Program-made: the position numbers and the translations under genes | The notes under the pieces: model-generated | What the model saw: only the letters and a program-made list of their open reading frames with translations | Databases searched by the model: none | What the model was told of the DNA's origin: nothing | Source: Chiloscyllium plagiosum | Lineage: Eukaryota | Direction: 5' to 3' | Assembly: GCF_004010195.1 (NCBI RefSeq) | Contig: NC_057751.1 | Coordinates: 3,747,707 to 3,781,536, forward strand | Length of the DNA: 33,830 nucleotides | In this document: positions 21,579 to 31,808 of the stretch, piece by piece | How the letters are laid out: every line of letters starts with the position of its first letter | How positions within the stretch are numbered: the stretch's first letter is position 1

Positions 21579-21924
21579 TAGAGTCATAGGGTCATAGAGA
21601 TGTACAGCACAGAAACAGACCCTTCGGTCCAACTCATCCATGCTGACCAGATATCCGAAATTAATTTAGTCCCATTTTCCAGCATTTGGCCCCTACTTCT
21701 TTAAACATTTCCTATTCATGTACCCATTCAGATGCCTTTTAAATATTGTAAATGTCTCACCACTTCCTCTGGCAGCTCATTCCACAGACACACAACGCTC
21801 TGCGTGAAAATGTTGCCCCTAAGGTCCCTTTTAAATCTTTTCCCTCTCACCCTACACTGATGCCCTTCTACTTCTGGCCTCCCTCACAACAGGGAAAATA
21901 CCTTGTTTATTTACCCTATCCATG
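21579..21924 (-). mobile_element. CR1 LINE 3' tail
   Basis: agagtcatagggtcatagagatgtacagcacagaaacagacccttcggtccaactc ... tttaccctatccatg is the inverse of the tail at 12561-12927. Confidence 0.9.
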
Positions 21925-24692
21925 TCGATTAATAAAATATGAAAACTGGTGGTGCTAAGTACTTGCATAGGACTGGGAACCCATAATAATGTCGAATGAC
22001 AGAACATATTGGCTATCACAACTTGGGTAATATCATTGTCCCCTGGAAAAGGCACAAATAAGCACACTGACCTAATCAAATATGTACTCTAAAGAAGAAC
22101 TTTACAACAGGTCCAAGTGATTGCTATCTTGGAGAAGAAAAGAGCAAAGTGCAACGCAACTGATTTAATTGTATTCATCATACAATCTATAGTTGAATAT
22201 TTGCTGTGCACCCCACCTTCTTTGCAGGAAAAACAAGGAATAACAGCTAATAATTGGTACTCATTACACATTTTTTTGGCATCCACCAGAGAAGCAGATG
22301 GATGGATATTTCAATTCTCGCTCTACCAAGCAGAATAAGGACAAAGGCTGCCAACTCTCATGTCATTTAGTATATGGTTAGAAAGAATAATTAATTAACC
22401 ATTTCATGTGTTGAGTTACAGCAACATATAGACAATGTAACACAAGCAACAGTACAACTTGAGAGATGGGCTGGATGAAAATAGTTCCACGCAAAGTTTT
22501 TGATAGCTTTCCCTTTTAAGAATAAAATTCCTGTTCATAGGATACTGAAGCAAGTAACTACAGAAGCTATGGATATACGAGGAGTAATTTTAAAAAAACT
22601 CTAGATTCTGGAAATGTCCTGAGAGTTGGAAAACTGCCAATTTAACAGCTAAATTGAAAAAGTGAAGGAGTCAAAAAAGTAGAGGCCATTTAGCTTAATG
22701 CTGTTGTTGGGAAAATGTTCAAGTCTATTGGTTGTAATAGCAGAACATTTAAAAGTACACGATATGATCATGCAGTCAGGGTCATAGAGACGTACAGCAC
22801 GAAAACAGACCCTTCAGTCCAACTTGTCCATGCCGTCCAGATATCCCAACCCAATCCAGTCCCACCTGCCAGCACCTGGCCCATATCCCTCCAAACCCTT
22901 CCCATTCATATACCCATCCAGATGACTTTTTAATGTTGCAATCAGACTACCCTCTATCACTTCCTCTGGCAGCTCATTCCAGACATGTATCACCCTCTGC
23001 GTGAAGAAGCTTGCCTTAGGTCTCTTTTATATCTTTCCCCTCTCACCCTAAACCTATGCTGTCTAGTTCTGGACTCCCTCACCCCAGGGAAGAGACTTTG
23101 TCTATTTATCCTATCCATGCCCCTCATGATTTTATAAACCTCTATAAAGTCACCCCTCAGCCTCTGACACTTCAGGGAAAACAGCCCCAGCCTATTCAAC
23201 GTCTCCCTATAGCTCAAATCCTCCAACCCTGGCAACATCCTTGTAAATCATTTCTGAACCCTGACAAGTTTCACAACATCCTTCCGATAGGAAGGAGACC
23301 AGAATTGCACGCAATATTCCAACAGTGGCCTCACCAATGTCCTGTACACCCGCAACATGACCTCCCAACTTCTGGACTCAATACACTGACCAATAAAGGA
23401 AAGCATACCAAATGCCTTCTTCACTATGCTATCTACCTGCGACTCTACTTTCAAGGAGCTCTGAACCTGCACTCCAAGGGCTCTTTACTCAGCAACATTC
23501 CCTCGGACCTTACCATTAAGTGTATACGTCCTGCTAAGATTTGCTTTCCCAAAATGCAGCATCTCGCATTTATCTAAATTGAACACCATCTGCCACCTCT
23601 CAGCCCATTAGCCAATCTGATCAAGATCCTGTTGTAATCTGAGGTAACCTTCTTCGCTGTCCACTATACCTGCAATTTTAGTATCATCTGCAAATTTAGT
23701 AACTCAACCTCTTGTCCTCACATCCAAATCATTTAAATAGATGATGGAAAGTAGTGTAGCGAGCACTGATCCTTGTGGCACTCCACTGGTCACAGGCCTC
23801 CAGTATGAAAAACGACCCTCCACCACCACCCTCTGTCTTCTATATTTGAGCCAGTTCTGTATCCAAATGGCTAGTTCTCTCTGTATACCGTGAAATCTAA
23901 CCTTCCTAACTAGTCTCCCATGGGGAACCTTGTCAAACGCCTTACTGAAGTCCATATAGATCATGTCTACCACTCTGCCCTCATCAATCTTCTTTGTGAC
24001 TTCTTCAAAAAACTCAAATCAAGTTTATGAAATATGATTTCCCATGCACAAAGTGATGTTGACTATCCCTAATCAGTCCTTGCCTTTCCAAATACATGTA
24101 CATCCTGGTCCTCAGGATTCCCTCCAACAAATTGCCCACCACTAACATTAGGCTCACTGGTCTATAGTTCCCTGGCTTGTCCTTACCAACTTTCTTAAAC
24201 ATTGCCACCATGTTAGCCAACGTCCAGTCTTCCGGCACCTCACCTGTGACTGTCGATGATAAAAATACCTCAGCAAGGGGTCCAGGAATCACTTGTCTAG
24301 CTTCCCACAAAGTTCTAGGGTACACCTGATCAGGTCCTGGGGATTTATCCACTTCTATGCATTTCAAGACATCCAGCACTTCCTCCTCTATAATATGGAC
24401 ATTTTTCAAGATGTCACCATCTATTTCACTGCATTCTATATCTCCCATGTCCTTTTCCACAGTAAATACTAATGCAAAATACTCATTTAGTATCTCCCCC
24501 ACCTCCTGCGGCTCCACACAAAGGCCGCCTTGCTGATCTTTGAGGGGCCCTATTCTCTCCCTAGTTACCCTTTTGTCCTTAATATATTTGTAAAAATCCT
24601 TTGGATTCTCCCTAACACTACTTGCCAAAGTTGCTTCATGTCTCCTTTTTGCTCCCCTGATTTCCCTCAAGTATACTCTACTGCCTTTATAC

Positions 24693-26057
24693 CAGCACGT
24701 TTTAAGAAGATTTGTAGCTCAGGTTGCGGTTCTCACTGAGCTGGAAGGTTCATTTTCGGATGTTTCATCACCCTACTAGGTAACATCTTCACTGACCCTC
24801 CAGACGAAACACTGATGTTTCCTGCTTTCTATTTATATGATTGGGTTTATTTGGTTTGGGGCTGTCATTTCCTGGGGTGATGTCATTTCCTATTGCGATG
24901 TCATTTCCTGTTCTTTATCTCAGGGGGTGGTAAATGGGATCCAAGTCAATGTGTTTGTTGACAGAGTTCCAGTTGGAATGCCATGCTTCTAGGAGTTCTC
25001 AAGCGTGTCTATGTTTGGCTTGTCCTAGGATGGATGTGTTGTCCCAGTCGAACTGGTGTCCTTCTTTATCTGTATGTAAGGATACTAGTGAGAGTGGATC
25101 ATGATGTTTTATGGCAAGTTGATGTTCATATATACTGGTAGCAAGTCTTCTGCCTGTTTATCCAATGTAGTGTTTGTCCAATACAGTAGAGCGAACAGCC
25201 AATGAGGAACTTCAAACCAGGGTCTGCAGGAAAACACATACAGACCAAATATTGAACTACAGAAGCAATCATCCCATCATCCGCAGACGAAGCTGCATTA
25301 GAACATTATTTCAATGAGCCACTACACACTGCAGCACAGAGGAACTACGCAGAGCAGAGAAAAATCATCTGTACAGTGTATTCAAAAAGAATGGGTACCC
25401 AATGTACAGTCAGCCAATTTCTCAGCAACAAATCCAAACTAGCAGACAAAGTGCATCCAGAAGCCCTAGCCACTCTCTCCTACATCAAAGACATCCCAGA
25501 AATGACTGCCAGACTCCTCAGACCCTTTGGCATCATGGTAGCCCACAAATCCACCAACACAGTAAATCATCAGCTAATGAACTTTAAAGACCCTACACAG
25601 ACAACAAGAAAATTTATGTCATTTACAAAATACCGTGCAAGAACCTTAACAAACACTACATTGGATAAACAGGCAGAAAACTAGCTACCAGGATACGTGA
25701 ACATCAACTAACCACAAAACGACATGACCCACTCTCACTCGTATCCTTCCATACAGATAAGAAAGGACCACTTCGACCGGAACAACACATCTATCCTCGA
25801 ACAGGCCAAACAGAGACACACATGAGAATTCCTAGAAGCATGGCATTCCAACTAGAACTCCATCAACAAACACATTGACTTGGACCCCACTTACCACCCT
25901 CTGAGAAAAAGAACAGGAAATGACATCACCATAGGAAATTACATCACCATCCCAAGGAAATCCCAAACATATAAATAGAAAGCAGGAATCAACAGCAGTG
26001 CTTTGTCCGGAGGCTCGCTGAAGATGTTACCGAGTAGAGTGACGAAAACCTTCCAGC
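24693..26057 (+). mobile_element. Penelope-like element: 5'-truncated sense copy (~25181-26057) preceded by an inverted copy of its 3' end (~24697-25177), 10-bp TSD
   Basis: GCCTTTATAC lies at 24683-24692 and 26058-26067. Decayed peptides are TDQILNYRSNHP, LATLSYIKDIPEMTARLLRPFGIMVAHK, IYKIPCK..NKHYIG*TGRKLATRIREH (GIY-YIG) and EFLEAWHS. 24735-25177 is the reverse complement of ~25649-26057. Confidence 0.92.
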
Positions 26058-26200
26058 GCCTTTATACTCTTCTCAGGGTTCACTCGATCTATCCTGTGCA
26101 GTGCTTTGTCCGGAGGATCGCTGAAGATGTTACCGAGTAGAGTGACGAAAACCTTCCAGCGCCTTTATACTCTTCTCAGGTTTCACTCGATCTATCCTGT
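25995..26200 (+). repeat. Tandem duplication, 2 x 103 bp, 2 mismatches
   Basis: Unit 1 is 25995-26097 and unit 2 is 26098-26200. The differences are ggctcg/ggatcg and cagggttc/caggtttc. Confidence 0.95.
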
Positions 26201-27556
26201 CCATACCTGACATATGCTTTCTTCTTTTTCTTAACCAAACTTTCAATTTCTTTCGTCATCCAGCATCCCCTATACCTACCAGCCTTTACTTTCACCCTAA
26301 CAGGAATAGACTGTCTCTGGACTCTCAATATCTCATTTTTGAAGACTTCCCATTTTCCAGCCATCCCTTTACTGAACATCTGCCTCCATTCAGTTTTGAA
26401 ATTCTTACCTGATACTGCCAAAATTGGCCTTTCTCCAATTTAGAACTTCAACTTTTAGATTTGGTCTGTCTTCTTCCATCACTATTTTCAAACTCATAGA
26501 ATTATGGTCGCTGGCCCCAAAGTGCTCCACCACTGACACCACAATCACCTGCCCTGCCTTATTTCCCAAGAGTAGGTCATGTTTTGCACCTTCTCTAGAA
26601 GGTACATCCACACATTGAATCAGAATTTTTTCTTCAGTATGCCTGACAAATTTACAAGAATTATTTAAGGAGGTAACATGTAGGACAGACAACGGTTGGG
26701 GGGGAGGGGTGGGGAATTTAGAGGATTTTGATTTTCAGAAGACTTTTGACAAAGGTACCACATATTACACTACTTAATAATATCAGCCAATGGTTTTGTG
26801 GATAGGCTATATTAGCATGGATAGAGGCTAACTAATAGAAGATATGAGTTGGGAGAAAGGGGGCATTTTCAGGCTGGCAACCTGTTTTCATGGAGTGCCA
26901 CAGGGATAAGTACTGGTGCCACAATTATTTACAATATATATTCATGTTTTGGATGAGGAAAGTCATTGTACTGTTGACAAGTTTGTAGATGACACAAAAA
27001 TAAGTGGGAACGCAAGTGGTCAGGAAGACACAAAGAGGGATGACAGACAAATTAACTGAGTGGGCAAAAACTTGGCATTATGGAATATCATGTGGGAAAA
27101 TGAGAGGTTTTGCACTATGGCAGGTAGAATACAGGAAGTTCAGCGGGTATTAGTGAAGACAAATACATTGTTGGCCTTTATTTCAAGTAAAGAAATAAGA
27201 AAGTGTTGCTTGAACTATGCAAGGCACTGGTCAGACCACAGTTGAAATGTTGTGAATGGTTTTGGGCCCCTTATTTAGGGAAACATATACTGGCACAGTT
27301 ATGAGAAGGTTCATTCAGCCTTTACCAGATATGGAGAGGCTGCCTTTTGAGGAGATGTTGAGTAGGTTGGACTTGTATTCATTGGAATTTAGAGGAATGA
27401 GAAGTGACTGCAGTGACACATAACAGATTGTAAGGAGACTTGACAGGGTAGATGTGGAGAGATTGTTTTACTTTGTGGCTGGGTCTTGGATTTATTCTCA
27501 GAATAAAGGGTCATCCAGTTAAGTCAGAGATTAGCAGGATTTTTTTCTTTCAGAGA

Positions 27557-27938
27557 ACAAAATAGAATAGAGTGGAATAATAATTTATTGTCACTTCTAT
27601 CTCCACAAAAAGATACAGAAAAAAATCTTTAAGTTGCCATTCTCTCGTGCCTCCATTAATAGCAGAAGTCATATATTAAAAAACATTAATCCACCTTTGA
27701 GGAAAAGACAGGACCAATACTCTCCACCACTGCAGATTGAATCCAGGGCCATTGGAATCTCAGGCCAGACCAGCACATTGTCAAATCCACTGAAGCAGAG
27801 CACCACTTTGTTGGGCCCACGAGCACATGACTGCAACGGCAACTAGGAACGAATCAGACTGCTTTTACCACTGCAGCAGCCACTCAAAACATCCTTCATT
27901 CACCAACCAGCCGACTCTGAAGCCACTTCCTATGCTGC
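27557..27938 (-). mobile_element. Unclassified 382-bp retroposon-like insertion, 6-bp TSD
   Basis: CAGAGA lies at 27551-27556 and 27939-27944, and the host CR1 resumes exactly. The minus strand ends gtgacAATAAAttattattccactctattctatttt (polyA signal plus simple-repeat tail). Confidence 0.65.
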
Positions 27939-28389
27939 CAGAGAGTCGTTAATCTGTGGAATTCTTCACAGAGGGCTGTTGAGCATATTTAAGGCTGAGA
28001 TGGACAAATTTTATGAATTCGAGATAGAATCAAGGATTATCAGGAAAAGGCAGGAAAGTGGAGTTGAGGATGATCAAATCAGGCTTTATCTCATTGAAAG
28101 ACAGAGCAAACTCAATGGGCTGAATGGCTATTTCAACTCATATGTCTTATGCTCCAAAGACTTAGGGTATTATGTTCTAATCTTGTTGGCAGAAATAGGA
28201 TTTTAAGAAAGAGAGAAATTACAAATATGTGGATATCACTTTTTAAGGAACTCTGACAGCCTTTGCTGATTTCTTTACACAAGATCCATTTCAATTTTTT
28301 TTACTTTTAATTTCTTTCCTTTGGGAAATATCAGGAATAGTAACAGAGTTAAGCAGCCCAAATTCGACAGCAATGTTGATTGTAAGGTT

Positions 28390-28563
28390 TATGATATGGA
28401 GGTGCCAGTGTTGGATTGAGGTGGACAAAGTTAAAAATCACACAACACCAGGTTACAGTCCGACAGGTTTATTTGGAAGTACAAGCTTTTGGATTGCTGC
28501 TCCTTCGCTTGTACCTCCAAATAACCCTGTTGGACTATAACCTGGTGTGGTGTGATTTTTAAC
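28390..28563. mobile_element. Fold-back Penelope pLTR mini-element, 11-bp TSD
   Basis: 57-bp inverted arms at 28430-28486 and 28507-28563 (5 mismatches) share sequence with 9094-9152. Flanks are attgtaaggtt (28379-28389) and attggaaggtt (28564-28574). Confidence 0.85.
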
Positions 28564-28726
28564 ATTGGAAGGTTCAGCACTTAAATCTACCCTAAGCCAG
28601 AAATTAATTAATACATGAAGGCCTGCTTCATTTTTATATTTTAGTTGATCACACTGCTAAATTTGTTAAAGCCTTTATTTCAAAGAAACAGATGGTAACT
28701 GTTCATTGAGCACAAAAGCGCAAGTA

Positions 28727-28834
28727 GGTCCTCTTGAGTGCAGTGGTAGCATCCCTATTCCAGACCGGGAGACCTGGGTTCAATCGCACCTACAATCGCA
28801 ACAACACCTCAGAACCAGTTAATGAGAAAATATC
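28727..28834 (+). mobile_element. Short tRNA-derived SINE (same family as 1232-1326 and 3478-3583)
   Basis: gagtgcagtggtagcatccct (A-box-like), gggttcaatcgc (B-box-like), tail aacacctcagaaccagttaatgagaaaatatc. Confidence 0.55.
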
Positions 28835-29604
28835 AAAAATGCAGGGAACACTGGGGAGAGGAAGGCACTTTAAAACTGAGGAGTCAATAAAGTCACTCCA
28901 CAAAGGAGTCTTTGTTACCTGTCTCACTGACTGGCTTGGATTCAAATTGACATTCAAGTCTGTTCGGCTCTGTACAAGTATATTCTCTTCTGATCAGTCA
29001 TTGAAAGACATCAACAACAAGCAATGAAAACTCTATTATTTATTATCTGGTTTGCAATTCAGGAAGATGCACAGTTCCATTTGAACAAATAATAAAGCCC
29101 AGAATTTGTTGGAAAAATAACAGTCTCTCTGACAAAGAATTTTCTAACTTATCGGTTGGTTTGCAATTTGTGGTAACGAGGAAATACTCTGAGATTTACA
29201 TCCTGTCATCAGTTGCTTTTCCAGTTATGCTGCTTGGCCATTAGCTTGGTGAAAATGGCACTGTGTTCTTAAACTGTCCAAATTGCATTTACACAGAATT
29301 GCTTGTAATATTTAACAGAAAAAGTCAAGTCACCTATTAGAGATTTTCAAAATGTCATTTCCAAATGTAACATGAATATTCTTACTTTGCTGCTTTCTCT
29401 TTATCAGTCTTTGTTTTGTCCTCTCTTCCCTTTTGTACCAATTTGAAATTAAATTAACTCACTTTCATCCACTATCCTTCTCTGCAGCTCTTTCACGAGT
29501 TCTTCCTCAAATCTAATTAAATAGTTGGTAGAACAAAAATTAAGCATTGCCAAGAGGAATTGAGAAGTCAAACCTTTTCATCTTGCAATCATCAAAATTA
29601 GAAT

Positions 29605-29767
29605 AAGACACAGGAGCACAATTAGACGATTCAGCCCATCGAGTCTGCTCTGCCATTCAATCATGTTTGTTAAGTTTGTCAACCCCATTCTTCTGCCTTC
29701 TCCCTGTAATCTTTGATCCCCTTACTAATCAAGAGCCTATCCATCTCTGTCTTAAATGCACTCAATG
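29605..29767 (-). mobile_element. CR1 3' tail (older subfamily)
   Basis: taagacacaggagcacaattagacgattcagcccatcgagtctgctctgccattcaat ... ctctgtcttaaatgcactcaa is the inverse of the tail at 27980-28151. Confidence 0.8.
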
Positions 29768-31808
29768 GCTTCACCAAGAAGCAAGAAAGTGGTACAAATT
29801 TATACAGCAGAAGACTGGGGTACTGATTGGTTAGGGCATTGAGACTCAACAAGAACAGTTAAATGTCAATCTTAATTTTTGAATCAGACAGATAGATTCT
29901 AGTTGGTCAGGTCTTACAGAGGTTACAGTCGGTTGTGGCAGTTATTATGGCTCCTTTCTTTTTTGTAGATGCAAAGTATATACACATTCTTTTGCCTGCA
30001 TAAAACAGGTTTTTGAATCTTGACACATGCTGCTTCTACCATATGCAAATGCATCACATTGCAGGCCTATTTGATGATCTGAAACTTGTTATTTATTAAA
30101 TGATTTCTAATAGTAGAATCACATCTAACAGTGGATATACTTTCCTTTGGCTTTCAAACAAAGTCTGATTGAGCAGAAAAGACCTGCTGTCAACTGCGAA
30201 TGGTCAATGGCATGTGTTGTTTGATATGATCCATGGATCACTGGAATGTATAACTGACAAATCTGACATCATAACATTGGAACTTATCTAACACAGTACT
30301 TAGTTGTGTGGTTGGCAAAATGTGTGTTTGGCTGGACAACAGCATCCTGTTTGTGGAAGGGAACCTGGAATGATTAAGTCTGCTCAGGATCGTGTTCAAT
30401 GGAAGGCACCATGTGCACTCTCTGGGTTTACCAATTCTAGGCAAATTGAGCGATCAGTCATAATGCATGTTAATTTCAGCACACTGGGCAGAAATGCCTG
30501 GAACGAATTAGGAAGATCCTGTTCAGAAAACATTGCAAAAAAAAAAGCTTGAAACAAATGCCATATCAATTGCATTAATTGTCCTTGGAACAAATTGTGC
30601 AACCAAATTATTCCACCTCTTGCATCCAAATCCTTGAGAGTACCTGCTCCACAGATGTCCCATCACCCATCATTCGAACAATTCCTGGGTTGCATTAAAA
30701 TTAGAAGAGCGATAACGACCGAGTACATACAGAAATACCATATTCAGACAAATAAATAGTTTTACTCCACACAAAGCTGGATATAGTAACTACCTTACAA
30801 CTCAATCTTTCAGCTTCTATTCTGCATCCACTCTTGAACTGTCTCGTATTAACATGAAGAATTCAGGAAGAATTCTGTGGGAATATCTGTGAAATATCTG
30901 ATCCATGTCACTGACAAAACATTGCAGTTATTTTGCCTTCCCTCCCTCTCTCACTTAACTTCACTATTAATTTTTTGAAAAGAACTAAGTGTGGAGGTAA
31001 CTGTAAAGGATATTATTTTGGGACACTATCACATGAAAGTTTAATTATCTCTGACTGTACTTCCTTTCACAATGCGATTAAAGGACATCTGATAGACCAA
31101 GGAGGAGTCAATGGTGAGACTTTCACCCATTCAAATGAACTCTAGAATCCAAAGGACTTTCATTTATCTCTCCTCTCAGCAATAAAAATTGTTTTTTTTC
31201 AGAGCAGCAATGGGACAGAGTAGGATGAACCTGGTGGCAGCAGAGCTTCATGATAAAAGCCTGAGGAGCAATGCCAAGATCATGCTCAGTCAGACAGCAG
31301 CAGGATGGGGTGAAGCAAGCCTTAACTGAATCCACAAGCAGCCACAGAATTGCCTGTTGGTTCTCCTTAAAATCGATTCCCCTCTCAATAGGTTCAGGGT
31401 TCAAAAGTGACCGAGGGCAAAAAGCAGCAGCTGATTTGTTGATTTAGGTCAAATTAAATCTAAAACTGCCAGGTCTATGACTTCTGGGAATCGGAGTCTC
31501 AGTGCAAAGCCTGTAGTAGAGGAGCTTTGCACTGAGCAGTGAGTGATAAAAATAAAAACAAAACTTCAATCTGAACGGGAAAAAACAATTAGGGTGACAT
31601 CGAAAGAAAACGGTGAGGTGAGGTGACTGTTTAGGAACCAGGAAGAGGGACTGAAAGAGTAGTACCATGAAGGAGACAGAATGTCAATCTCTTGTAGTTT
31701 TTTAGGATCAGATGGAGACAGAGAGAGAGAGAAATCTGACTTGCTGAGCAGTGCATAAAGTTGAATTATTTGTTCCTAGTTTATTGTTTGTCGTTGATAA
31801 GGATCACA

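Larger units (their letters stand above)
22776..26633 (-). mobile_element. CR1 LINE, 5'-truncated (~2.5 kb; endonuclease C-terminus, RT, 3' tail), split by a Penelope insertion
   Basis: Minus ORFs are 26405-26692 (EHFGASDHN), 24014-24670 (KSPGPDQVYPRTL, VPEDW, NYRPVSL), 23704-23973 (YMDFSKAFDKVPH, GVPQGSVL), 23248-23472 and 22990-23238. The tail gtcatagagacgtacagcac is at ~22780. Confidence 0.95.
22525..28151 (+). mobile_element. Old CR1 LINE (RT to 3' end) in three pieces: ~22525-22775, ~26635-27556, 27939-28151
   Basis: RT landmarks continue in order across the inserts: ctagattctggaaatgtcct/aggccatttagcttaa (22600-22700); gcctgacaaatttacaagaatt, gattttcagaagacttttgacaaaggt, ggagtgccacaggga, aagtttgtagatgacacaaaa (26640-27000); 3' tail ctcaatgggctgaatggc...gtcttatg. 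Confidence 0.75.

Noticed and set aside
28919..28989. Possible 71-nt minus-strand exon (ENILVQSRTDLNVNLNPSQSVRQ) and a 41-nt one at ~30644-30684
   Set aside because: Weak splice signals (a poor acceptor for the first, a poor donor for the second), incompatible phases between the two, and no recognisable protein.
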